From Camelus ferus (taxonomy: Eukaryota): 64,000 nucleotides of DNA. Below the pieces are notes generated by a model. It did not search any database. It saw only the letters and a program-made list of their open reading frames with translations, and had not been told where the DNA came from. Both the position numbers and the translations under genes were made by a program. Below, piece after piece: positions 48,236 through 60,809 of this stretch; position 1 is the stretch's first letter, and the number at the start of each line of letters is the position of its first letter. Location of the stretch: positions 32,366,001 through 32,430,000 of the forward strand of contig NC_045697.1 of assembly GCF_009834535.1 (NCBI RefSeq), written 5' to 3'.

Positions 48236-51214
48236 TGCATCCCCAGGTCCTTATAAATGATCCCATCTCTGCTTCACTAGTTTCCCATGAGTGATGTCTA
48301 TTTTCTCTCACCTTGCGGTCCCTGCCTCCACCCAGAATACACACAGCAAATATCCTGTTCTGTAATTACGACGGTGCCCATTCTATAATCAGTACAAGTC
48401 CTGCTATGCGCTGTTAGAATGTGCTGACTGCCCTTTGCCAGGCGTTATCTTAGGCTTCTTGCCACCGTTTTAGGCAGCTTGTCACTCATCTTCTGGATTT
48501 GCCATTTAGTATTTTATTGAAAATAGCCTGTATTATTGCCTACTTAGCTCTGGCTTTATCTTCCAAACAATTGACTCTTCCTTACTAATTGAATGACCTT
48601 CAATCTGTAGCTAGTATCTCCTCCAATTTTGTTTGTGTTTTGTTTTTATTTTTACACCTTCCAAGTCTCCTAGCTATCTTAATCTAGCTAACCCTCAATA
48701 CCATTTTCTGTTTAGAGTGAAATAAATATCAGTCTCTGACTGCTCAATAGCTGGTGATTAAGAAACGTGCAAAATATTATAGAGCCACTCTACTGCCTGG
48801 CAGTGATGCTGATAACTAGTTCCAGTAGGCAAGCTTTGAATCATACCATTTTTAAATTTGAGTTTCACCATACATAAACTTGTGAAAGCTAATCTATATG
48901 GTTATATAAATGGCATGCACTGAGAGATGAGTGACGTTCAGTCCTGAAATCTTCACAAAGAAAATTGACCAGCTGAAGCAACGGAGGAATCAAGGGTTGT
49001 TCTGAGTATGCTTGTGTTCAGTTCAAGATGAGCTCAGGACACTGGGATGAGGAAGGAGGAGCAGGAAAACACCCCCCCACCCCTGCCGCTCCCTAAGAAG
49101 AGGAGTGGAACTTAGAATTCAGGATGCTTCCTATCACTATAATAGCAAGGAAATAAAAATCAATTCACTTGGGGCCATTTCTACAATTTAGGAACATTTC
49201 TTAGTCTTTGTGAATTCCTTGATATTTATTGTTTTTATGGTTTTTTGTTTCTTAGTGACAAAGAGCAGTAAAACTCTTGGTAACAAATATGACCCTCTGT
49301 AGAGGAGCAAAAAGGGGAAAGCTAAAGAAAAAGGCTCCTAGTCTAAACAGTGCTGATGATTTCAGAAGGAAAGGACAGGTTATGTCCTTAGTGCCTGACC
49401 AAGGGCAGAAACAGACATTGTAGAGAGATGTTCTGGTCTGAGAAGCAGTCCTCGGTTTACCCATAAATGGTCCTCCCAGGCTTCTGGACACTGAACATTA
49501 AGATAGTTTCAAACCTAAAGGATTCTGGCTTCTTTATTTATGTTTGTGCTTCAGCCACAACTTTATCATATGTTACTGTTACTGCAAAAGTCAAGAGTTC
49601 TGAATAACATACCTTTTCCATCTGTAAGGTCCACGAGGACAAGCACCTGTGTTGTTTACTGCGATATTCCATGGCATGTTGCCAGTAAATATATGGTCAC
49701 TCACTGACAGGCTTGCTTCAACCCCGAGTTTGCTGGCTGCAGGTGGTAACACTTTGCGTTTGCTTTTTCCCCTTCCAGTAATGACTCAACAAATCGTATT
49801 TTTAACTTTGGAAAAGATATGCAAGAGCTTAAAGAACTTGATATAGTCCTTTTTACATATTGTTGAAAGAACTAGTTTAGGAAATTTATAAACAAAAATC
49901 AGACCAGATTTTTTTATTCTAAACTCTGGAATCCAATTACATATTGAAGAAATGATAAGGGTAACTGGAGCATAGTAGGGTGGGCTGTAAATTAGCAGAA
50001 TTTGGAGGCTGATTACTTGCCCTTATCCCAGTGTTCCCTTTCTACAAGGATGTAGAGGAAAATCATGCCAAAACCATATCAAATGAGTGATACTCAGGTC
50101 TGTTCCCTTTCTTTCTTGTAATGGAGTCTGCTCCCAAACTTCCTGGAGAGCAACCTTACCCAGATTTTCACTTTTAATTAAATGCAAATTCTAGCCTTCA
50201 CTATAAGAAATTTGCTGTATTATCAATATTAATAACATCCAGCCTGGAGAAAAATGTGAAGAGTCTTCAGGATTGATTCTCCTTGGCTAAGCAGGGTTCA
50301 GAGACAGACACTGTGGGTTGCATTATCTCTCTCTTTATGCACCTCCAGGATTTGATCTCAATGCCCCCGTGTGGGAGACCTCAGTCACAGATTTGTAAAC
50401 CTATTGTTGAATTTTAATCCTTCTGAAATTCTAATTAAGTTATGGTCTTAGTGCAAAGTAATTATGTTTACTGACAGACCTATGACTGATACAAGCCACA
50501 AAGCAATTAGCTGAAGAGAGACAAAAATATGGCTAATAACATTGACGTACTGGTCCCAGGCAGAATTAACATTATCTTTGAAATGTGGATCCTTCTGCAC
50601 AGATCGTTGACATGGTTGTCATAGAAACTGCTTGTCATTACTACAGCCTCCAGATACTTGTTCTAGGTTCAAACACTCATTGCCATTTGCATTCATTTGG
50701 TCAGATAAGATGTCTTATCTCAGGCACTTTTATCATCCATAAGTATGTTGACTCCCTTTAAATAATGAAAAACCAATTATAAATTAGTAACTACAGATGT
50801 GTCAGCATTTAAAATTTCAGTTGATAATGGCTAATAGGATCACTGAGACATAATTGTGGTTAATGTTATAAGGATTTTATAGTCAACTATGAATTATTTG
50901 CAATGTGGATTAAAGTTCTGAGACTCAAGAAATATGCATAGTGTTTTGTTTTGTTTTGTTTTTAACCTAAATGGAAGAATTCATGAAATGTTTTCTAAGT
51001 GAGTTTTTACAGATATACTTAAATATGGTTCCAAAGTGTTTGATGTTGGAAAAATTCACCACACTGCCAACAAATAATGAAATTATACCAGGAGGATCTA
51101 GTCACAGAGAATTAGTAAATATATTCAATTTCTCCCTTATTTATTTGCTTAAATTTCCTAACTGCTTAAGCTGTTGCTGGGAGAAGATGGTATTAGCCTT
51201 CACATTGATATATT

Positions 51215-51420
51215 GAGCAGAATGATTTTTAATTTTGCAGGACTCTATTTAGCATTTTAGGAAATTTAGCATCTCTGTCCTCCAAACACTAAATGCCAGT
51301 CATAGCTCTCTGCTCCAGTCACAGTACCAACCAAATATGACTCTATACATTTCCAAATGTCCCCTATGTAGACCCTGGGACAGTAAGAGTGAGTGTACTA
51401 ATGCTGGTTGGAAACCACTG
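51215..51420 (-). mobile_element. hAT-Charlie MITE (MER20-related)
   Basis: 'ttagcatctctgtcctccaaacactaaatgccagt...acatttccaaatgtcccct...ggttggaaaccactg'. Confidence 0.65.
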
Positions 51421-52324
51421 TAAAGATCTTAGCAAAGATGTCTTTTCTAGTTCTGTCATTTTCTCAGCAGATGATTCTTAATCTTGTTACACTTAAACTT
51501 ATTAGGTGTGAGTCTCATATTAATTGCAGTCTGGAAGATAGCAATTGCCTTAAGTTGTCAAGAATACTACAAGAATGTCAGGAAAAGAACGAAAAGAACA
51601 AAATCAAAGTTAAAAATACTTGGTACCCTAAAAAAGTGATAAAATAAAATTTTAAAAAATCACTGGATTACTAAATACTAAATAAAATAGTATATAATGG
51701 AATAGGTAAGGATTTGCATTTTTCTCTGCTGAGAGGCATTGGAATGAATTATGTACTAAAAAGAAATAAAAGATGGATATATGATAGGACCAAGAGTCTA
51801 TGTTCTATGAAAGGAGTTCACAGCAACTGTAGAAAAGATAAGCCAATGGGCCTGGAGGGAAATATTTTGGGATTTTTATACCAAAGAAACTTGGACAAGT
51901 AGATCTTTTGGAGAAGATAGATCCCTGATGAAGATACCTCATACTTTACTTGTAACTTGTAAATTAATGCCATAAAAGAAATATACTCTTTGAGCCTAGT
52001 AAATAGCAGAAAATTATTTTTCTTTTATCCACCAAAAACTCTGGCCTATTTAATTGATTCACATTTTTCTGCTGTTGAGTGTCCAATAAAGAATTGTCTC
52101 TAACTGACACAATTACTATAAAATACCCATGACTACAATTATTGTCTTGGTACACAATAAACAGTAATTGATTAAAATAAACCTGGGGGAGGCTGGAAAT
52201 ATGAAAGACCTTGGAGACAGTCTCACATCACTTTCTCTGCATAGGTGAGGAGAGTAATACTTTAAGGTATTATTTAAAACAGTTCCTTAGCTACTTATCT
52301 GCAGAAACTGGTTGAAAATTTGAG

Positions 52325-52800
52325 AGATAGATTTGGAATTGAAATATAGAGCTGGGAGTCACCAGATTTCTGTGTAATTACAAGGTAACTATTTCTTAGG
52401 ACGCATTCAGAAATGATGCTGGAGTAGGCAGATTTGGAATTCAGAGGCCAGGGCTTGGTAAATGTCAGTTTGAGAGACTACATCAAGAACTTTTCCTTAG
52501 TCACTGAGCATCAGTTAATAATAGTGAGAGAGAGGAAAATAAGGGAGAAAGCTGACGAAGGCGGGAGAAAAAGTGCTGTGCTGTGTTAATGTTGAAGATT
52601 ATGACATTTTAGTGGCATCAGTCTGGATAACTATTTTTCATCGCTGTGTTCATTACTTGGGAGTAGCCATAGAAATGACGAATTCTTTGATTGAAGGCCA
52701 AATTTGATGGAAATAAGCTGATGCTAGCAGCTTTAGTGAGAAGGGCAGAATGTTTTGATCAGAGCGAGATTTTGTAATTTAAGGTTTCAGAAACAGAAGT
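52325..52800 (-). mobile_element. L2 internal fragment
   Basis: 'ggaattgaaatatagagctgggagtcaccag' and 'gcagctttagtgagaagggcagaa'. Confidence 0.4.
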
Positions 52801-53169
52801 GTTATTGGGTGACAGCAGAGTCCAGGACGGGGACACCAGAGGGGACCGGGGGAGTGGAATGTGTATGAGATAAGTAGAATTTTGCAAAACCAGAAAATAA
52901 AGTCTCTAGATTCAGATAACTTTGTCACCTGGTCACTAGTTTACTGAAGATGGGGATAAATGTCAGAATAAAAAGGAAGATGACAAGTGAGGAGCCAAGA
53001 TGACTGATGAGTAAATGAGACTGGTGAGCAGCTGCTTGATACAGAGGAGGACGAAGCAGTGCTTGTCCAAAATGAGCACCACGAAGTAAACGGCTATCGT
53101 TACGTTCCCCTGCCAAAGATGGGAGACTGAGAGGACAGCATTTAATAGGGTTTTGTAAGGGAAGCAGTG

Positions 53170-53600
53170 TTCTGTCAGCCAGAAATCTGTCAGGAAAACA
53201 GATGCCTCTAGCTATTTCAAGGAAAGGATTTGCTGTAGAGAATTAGAGGCTTACAAAATGGGGAAGATGCCTTGTTCATTTAGGACATTATTATGAGGGG
53301 AAAAAAAAAAAAAAAAAAAGAAGAGAAAACCATTGCTAATAATCGTGGCTACCTGTAGACTGGAAGTAGATTAACAGGAGGAAGCACCAGTTCCACCGGG
53401 TAAGTCTCAGATCCACAGTCGGCTGAATGCTGACCTACACCTGCTCTTCTAGCTTCCAACTTGTACACACAAATGACTCTGGTTAGTAGACTCTACACCA
53501 GAACCTACACCAGAATGGTGCTGGCCAATGAGTCTGGAAATAATTTTTCTAACCTCTGTCCCTTAGGATACATGGTGATGGGCTGCTTAGCAGGTGGGAA
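53170..53600 (-). mobile_element. Possible old LTR remnant containing A19 (53301-53319)
   Basis: 'gtcaggaaaacagatgcctctagctatttcaa...agagaattagaggcttaca' resembles ancient LTR ends; family unclear. Confidence 0.35.
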
Positions 53601-54374
53601 TAGCAGTACTGAGCGTGAACAGATGATATTAAGGAGAAGTATATTCAAGTAGGAGGCATTAAGACAAGGAGCTAGAAGGGACATTAGGAATAGGTCAACT
53701 AGACAGATTTATTTGTTATTGTGAGACAGGGACTAAAAAGGTCAGAGGAAAAAGTTTTGCAAAAGAGAACAGTGGGAAATTGCATCAAGACCAAGAAAGC
53801 ACAGAGCTTTGTGAATGTAAAACTTTGTGGAACCAGGAAAAGACTTATTTTTGAGGGATTCCCTCAGAAAGGAGAGAATCATTTTTGGGGTGTTAATTCA
53901 AATAGCACAGTGAAGTGAGGTATGGTAGGACTGATTTCAAGTTTCCTCAAAAAAAAAAAACTTCCGCATTTTTTTACTTAATAAAAAGAAAAACTCAAGT
54001 CTTCTGGATGAAATTGGCAACTTGAATTGTTTATATATCTATAGATATTCTAAGCTGACAGGCAGTGACCTTCTAGGATCCTAATTATGTGTTAGAAACA
54101 GTGGCAACCTGTGATAAATGGCGACCTACTTCCAATGGAAATGGAAGTCAATTTTAAAGGACTTTTTTTTTTTTACTCCAAATTTCTGCAAAACATTAAC
54201 ACAACATGTGAATATCGAAGAGGAGAATACAATGTGGTGCATGAGTTAGATTGCATTATTGTTCTAATTATTTATGAGTCCTTGGAGAGGATTGTGAGTT
54301 CTACTCCACTGACCTGGTTTTGGTGGGGAAAAAAAAAATGAGTGGACCTGTGCTATTTATGAACAGAAGGACGT

Positions 54375-54580
54375 TTAAGAGGCATCACCGTCATGATTCC
54401 ACTATCCCTCTTTTCCCTCTGTCACCAGTTAGCATGTCCTAGATAGGGGCAGCTCCCTAACCCCGAGTCCCTGGATGAAGAGCGCATGGTTGCAGCTGAC
54501 CAGTAATGAACTGACATGAGAAGAAAATCTGTCTCCATTTTTGTAACTACAGAGATTTTGAGGTTGTAACTACACTGATC
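54375..54580 (+). mobile_element. MaLR LTR 3' fragment
   Basis: 'gacatgagaagaaaatc...taactacagagattttgaggttgt'. Confidence 0.45.
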
Positions 54581-55050
54581 CTTATTTGAACAGTACACAT
54601 TCTATTTTCCAAATTTATATGATTATGGAAATAGTTTTAGTCTCAAAATGTAGTGGGCCACATTTCACTGAAAATGTGGGGGAAATACTGGTTTAAGCAA
54701 TTAATTTTGTTGGTGTCCTGAATGGTTAATCTTTGAGATACAAAAAATGAAATTATCTTGATAAACATTCCCAAACAACTCTCTAGGAGTTTAAGAAGAT
54801 ACATACTGTTATTATAACACAGTAACATTAACAGGTTTTAAAATGTTTTTGATTGTTTTGTAACTTTGTTATTGTTACAGGTATGATACCCGAGTGGTTA
54901 TTTTGTGTCACAAAATAGTAGTTGGGGAAAACAGAAGATCAAATCTCTCATCCTAGTCCCTGTCGATTTGAGTCAGGGATGAAGATTTTCATTGTTAAAC
55001 TCAGGTCTTGCGCTAACTCTGACTGGAAGAGGTAAACAAATAAAAGGAGC

Positions 55051-55270
55051 TAGAATGTGCTGGTAAATGTTTAACAACTGCCTCTTGAGGAAAAGAAAAA
55101 AAAAGGCAAAAAGCCCTGACTTGTAGCATTTGCCAATTTCCAATGCAGAAATACTCCTGACATAGCCAGTTTCAAACTACTGTCATGAAGTCACTGACAA
55201 TGAAGTTGGGAAGAGGTGTACCCACTTACCGGCTGTCCTGACCTTTCAAGCCAGCTTCTGTACACAACTG
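55051..55270. mobile_element. MER63A-like hAT-Blackjack DNA transposon
   Basis: 'atgtgctggtaaatgtttaacaact...aagccctgacttgtagcatttgccaatttcc...gttgggaagagg...gccagcttctgtacacaactg'. Confidence 0.85.
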
Positions 55271-58200
55271 ATGAATAGCCTGAGCCTTGTGAAGTCTGGA
55301 TTTCATTGTATTACTATTGAACTGTTTTCATAGAGTAAGCCCTGGTCACCCTAGAGTATTAAATGTTGCAATGTCTCCTCATTTTGTATACTGCATTTGT
55401 CAAATCAAAATGAGAAAGTTTCTGTCTTCTGTTTCTCTTTGACACTATTAGGTTTGGCTTGGAGGCCAGGATCTGTGGTGAGTCACAGCCCAGTTTTCTA
55501 GAAACCTGAGAATGCTGGCTTTTGAGAACCTTTCTGCTTGGGAGCTGAATTCTACTCTTTCTACCTTCTGACTATATATGCATCAGCTGCCCAAGATACC
55601 GATTTCTTCTCACCTTGTCTTCAAAAGTTGGTTCTCATCAATCTTCATTCTATCTTACCCCACCTCTCCCTCCCCCCTGAATTTTCATTTTTCCATCTTT
55701 GACACCCATCTAGATCAGCTTGCATTTGCCCATTTGAGCATTTCATCAGTTGCCCAGTTACCCTGTTTTCGTGACACTGACTTTTTACTATCTCCAATGA
55801 TTAAGATCAGAGTGTGCCTCACCCCAAGCCTCTGAGTTATAACAACTCTTGTGAGTACATGTAATACAGATGCTTTAGACAGTTTGATTAATATTTGTAA
55901 TTAATGTATTAAAAAGACCCAAGGCAATTAAAACCTCACATTTATCAGATTTTTCTAAATTTCTGAGGTACAGTATTATAATGTAAAAATGATGCTGGTT
56001 GAAAGATATTTTGCAGTAATTCTTTCTTGGGTAAATAATGAGAAAGCAAAAACAATGAAATATATTTAATGTAGGTATGCATAAACTTGATAAGATTACT
56101 TTACTTGGGGGGAATAATGTGAATACATTCTTTCAAAATTATGTAATCTGATATTTTTAAATCTTGTTCAGTTAATACTGAAAATTTTCTCCAATAAAAT
56201 AAGATAGAAAACAGGAGGCAAACTTGTCCCTATGCCTTTTAGACCAAAGCAAACTTTATGAATGCAGAGTAGCAATGCATTATATACAGGGATACTTTCC
56301 AAAGAAGTTAGCAGGATAGTGTTACCAAAAAACTTGCAGCATCTGTAACACACCGTTAGCGTGTGACTTAAGTAATGAAAATGGAAAATGTGTTATTTGA
56401 ACAGATGCGGCAGCCTGTTTAGAGAGGTGTACCCTCTCGCGTATGTGTATATTTATCTTCAAATGGCCAGGCTGACCTTGCTTGAACATGGAGAAAATCC
56501 TTTTTAATAGAGACACACCCAAATTCAAAAGAGTTTCTGCTGTGTCCTCAGTAGCACTTAGATTCCACTAACATGAGCCTGCTGGAATAACCCCAAAAGT
56601 CTATGTTTCGTAAAGTCCAAGCTACAGGGGATTGGTAGAAAGATCCTCTTCTAACCTTCAGGGCTGCTCCATGTTACTTTTTAAATTAATGGTGACAAGA
56701 TGATAGTTCAAATCCTTGTTTTGGTAATCTTATGCTTTTCTATAGTTAAAAGCATTTCTATGTCTATAAATTACAGTATATTAATTTATTATTTGCTGCC
56801 CGGAGATCAAAATTCTAATTTAAAATATGGTACTTTTTATAAGTAAAACTAAAGCAGCTTTCTGGTATTCACAGATATTTTTACTCTTATTTTTCAGAAA
56901 CCTAATGAATATACAAATATTTTCTAGTCCATGTTTCCATGTATCTGCTGCATCTCTTTTTATATGGCAGTTACTCTGGATGCATGTGCTCTCTGCAGAA
57001 TTATGCCATTAGTTATTTCTGATTACAGAGTATATGAATGAATGACATATAAACTTTATATTTGGGAAGGTAGAAAACAATTCTGAAATATCACTGACAT
57101 TTGGCAAAAACTGTGTCATTCACAAAGTCATACTCAAATGGGTAAATATGCTCCCGAGACCAAACTGCATTCATCTTGGGTGTCAAAGTAAAATTGCACT
57201 GGATAAAGAAGACTTTAAGATTATTGCAATAGAAGAGAGAGACTGAAATCCTTTCCCCTGAAAGAAAAGGGGGGAATTTTTTAAGCCTTGAAGTGAGCCA
57301 GTAGAAAAGCACTGGGTACTTTAGGATAGCAGTTAGTCAACAAGATGTGTTCAGCCCAATGAATTATTCCTGATTTTGCAAAAAAAAAATTTTCTTTGTT
57401 TAGGCTGTGTCTGCTAATTAGCGCCCATTAAAGTCTGACTCTTACCCTCCCACAGAGACTGGAAGATCAGTGTACTATCACTTTTGATATTTCATGATCA
57501 GGCTCGAGACAAGTTATTTAAACTAAATCTTGTACATACTTGTTACTGATACTGGACACTCTTACTCCTTTTACTGGAACCATGATTCTTCATAAGTCAT
57601 AGGAAATTTACCACAAGGCTGAGAATTTTGGCCAGGATTTTTTGGGAGATTTTATTGGCACAAAATATTGTCAACCTAAGGGAACCAGACTTTGTTACAG
57701 CAGTAAGGCCTGATTCAGAGAGACCCACATTCATAGAGGTTATATACCTGCAATATTTTAATAACTTTCTGAGTTTCTTCTTCCCAATGTTGTGACAGTG
57801 CATGTAACAACAAAGTGGAGAGGGCTGTCGCACATGCTGTCTTGTTTATGTACTTTGTCTTAACGCTTTGATATTTCAGGGTTAGACTCTGCCACCACCA
57901 ATATGTTTTACACTGAGCACTGATGACAAGTGGCCTACATTTTAGAGCTCAGAAGGTCTGTTTCTCATAGAGATTTGGGGAAAATCAGTGGCATGCTCAA
58001 CCAATTAGCTAGGGCAACTGTAAAGGCAAAGTGAGCAAGGCTATTATGCAAATTTTGAGCCTTTCACAGTTAGATGGGCTTAAAGCTTTCTGGTCCAGAG
58101 TGGGAGAGGATATGTTTGCTTCCTGGAAAAATAATTTTTAATAAATCAAATTTATAAGATTACTAACACTCTTTGTTATCAAGACTAAGTCTACCTGATT

Positions 58201-58859
58201 TCCTATCTTCCTTATCATCATTAACACTAATTTGGATATTTTCACTTGTCCATTAACTTTTTGGCAGTTCATGTCAGTCTCCAAATTTGCATATTTATGT
58301 CTATTCCCCAAATCTCTATTGCTCACTATCATCATTGAGTGCCCCCAAATGCCTGTTTCTACCACATTCCCGTGCCTGACACCAGCCATCTGCTCCCTCT
58401 ATCCTTGAACAATGACTTTCTGCTCATCTCCTTAACTCTGACCTGGAGGAGGACTGCCCTCTTGAATGTGTGTCATAGTTTCTCAATTCACCTTTTGCAT
58501 TGCATCTTAGTAATCAAAAAACAATCTCACACAATGTTCAGGAAGCATGGAAGCTTGGGGAAAAGGCATCTATTAAAAACAAAATATAATAGAACACACA
58601 GGAGTAAGAAGGAGAGCATTGTTTCTAGTGTCATTATTTCTGGGAATGATAAACATAACACTTTCTAGCATCTGAGAGCTGTTTTCTCACCTGAGAGGTG
58701 CAAAGAAAAAAAGGAGGAAAATGAAGTACAGAAGTTAAAATACCTCCAACATCTGCACAGAATTTCCTCAAAGTAGAACCAAGAGGAAATAAGAGAAACC
58801 TGGGGATATTAAAAGTGGCTCAGCATATTTTCTTACCAATATTTTCTTACCAGTGACTT

Positions 58860-59150
58860 AGTGACTCATTAATTTCTTACCTACATTGTTCGCACTCAGT
58901 ATTTGTTCAAGAAGTGTTTGTTAGGCACTTAATTTTTCCAAGGTATTATGAAAGATTCCTGGATATACAATTATTTAGAAATAATTTCTGCTCTCAAGTA
59001 ATTTAAAAGTAAAAAGAAGAATGGCGAGAAAATAGGTAAATGTGATATAGAGAGAGGAGTACCTCAGTAAGGCTAAGTAAGGGAGACAGGAGAACAATTA
59101 ATAGGGGCAGTGAACCACGTCTTGGAGCAATCACCAAAGACTACTTGGGT
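58860..59150 (-). mobile_element. L2 3' fragment
   Basis: 'tttgttcaagaagtgtttgttaggcactt...ctgctctcaagtaatttaaa'. Confidence 0.5.
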
Positions 59151-59329
59151 AGACATTTCCTGTTATGTGCTTCCAGAAGCATATGTGGGTTTTGCTGTAA
59201 AATGTGTTACTTGAAATAAAACTTCAAAAGTATTTGTGTATTTAATTTTGAATTCTTTCTCTCAATTGCTCTCTGAAGGGCTTGCACCCATTTATTCTAC
59301 CACTAAATGTTTTATACCTTCACTAATGG

Positions 59330-59847
59330 TGAAGTTCAGCACGAACCACCCCCAAATATGCTACAGTGCCATGTTGATTATTTTAAATTAAAGTTACTTA
59401 AATGGCCAATGTAAGAGGGACATTCTGACCCTCATTTTTGTCTCTCTGAATGCAAGAAATAATCTCCCATGTGACATCTGGAGGTAGGATACCCTTCATA
59501 GCTAGAGATGAATTCAGGCTGAGAAGCCAGTATAAACAAATTTTATTTAATTTGTTACCCTAAGTCCAAAAAACTGTTTAAATACTTCACTAATTGAGCA
59601 CCCAACATCTAAGTTTCTTTGTGCTGTCAATTCTTCACAAATGTATTGTTTCTTTATCTAAGAAGTATAAAAATGTCCTGCTTTGGCCACTTCTTAGGTC
59701 ATATTTATATGAGATCTCTGTGTGCATGAATTAAAATTGCTTTTCTTCCATTAATCTGTCTTGTGTCAATTTGTCATATCAATTTTATTATTTGTCCAGC
59801 TGCAAGAACTCAGTAGAGGTACAGGGATCTATTTCCGCCTCCCCAAC
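59330..59847 (+). mobile_element. ERV1 solo LTR (MER34-like)
   Basis: Starts 'tgaagttcagcacgaaccacccccaaatatgc...gattattttaaattaaag'; TATA-like 'gtataaaa'; ATTAAA; ends 'ttaatctgtcttgtgtcaatt...cgcctccccaac'. Confidence 0.8.
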
Positions 59848-60250
59848 CCTAACTTTGTGTAATATCAAGAAGTTGAGCTCTGGTATTCTGACGGTTTTGT
59901 CTCCTCATATCTTTATTTTGAGCAAGGTAGGCACCTCTTTGTAGAGTTAGAAACCATCCATATTTTTTCCTGTGAACTCTTTATGTACTTTGCCTGTTTT
60001 TAAAAAACAAATTGTTTTAATCTTTTTTTCTAATGGCTTGGAAGGAAGAGCTCATTATATATTTAAAAGACTATTTTTTAAATCATATGTGATGTAAAAA
60101 TTTCCCACAGAGGGTTTCTCTTATGGCTTAATAGCAATTTGTTCTGTACAGAAGTAGTTTATTTTTATGTAGTCTAACTTTTCATGTTAGGGGATTATTC
60201 CTCTATTCTAGGAATTCCTCTATTCTAGTGTTTTATATTATAGCTTATAC

Positions 60251-60808
60251 TGAAGGGGAGCAAAATTTGCTACCCCAACATGTTTCTTTGGCATAAAGAA
60301 TAATTTAGGATGATGGTTTTTAAGGAACAAAATACTAAGAAAGTCTTTCTTCATACCTTCTGCTTAGCTGCTTAAAGAATTTAGATAAAGGGCTTGTTCC
60401 TGGAATAGAGCTATCACCATAAATACCTGCAAAAAATACGGGCTGGGTGTGGTAGGGGAGACTTGGCAGGGCTATTGATCAGTCAACTTTTTGTCTCTGC
60501 AAGACCCCAACAAACATTTACTCACCAGATATTTGCTTTTCCATCTCCATGTGCATTGTCTTTCTCTTTGAGGTCCCAAACCACTACTCAACATCCTTCT
60601 TTGTGTTTAGCTGAAGGTGGTATCTGAGGTGAGGGTTTTGGCCACTGTGGCAAGTTACTCAAGTTTTCCTGGGCTCTCCCATGTATACAGAAGGCATATA
60701 TGTTATTATACTTTGTTTTTCTTCTGTTACTTTGTCTTACATTAGTTTAATTCTTAGACCAGCTGGAAGAACTTAGGAAGGTGGAGGAAAACTTGTCCCT
60801 CCCTGACA
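60251..60808 (+). mobile_element. ERV1 solo LTR (MER34-like), different subfamily
   Basis: TG...CA ends: 'tgaaggggagcaaaatttgctaccccaacatgtttctttggcataaag...ttagctgaaggtggtatctgaggtg...ccctccctgaca'. Confidence 0.82.
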
Positions 60809-60809
60809 A

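Noticed and set aside
52825..52857. G-quadruplex or CTCF-like motif (also G/C runs at 18093 and 49071)
   Set aside because: Too few full G3 tracts for a canonical quadruplex, and mismatches at key CTCF positions.
57611..57750. Possible minus-strand exon within ORF 57597..57833
   Set aside because: The acceptor has no pyrimidine tract and the peptide is unrecognisable.
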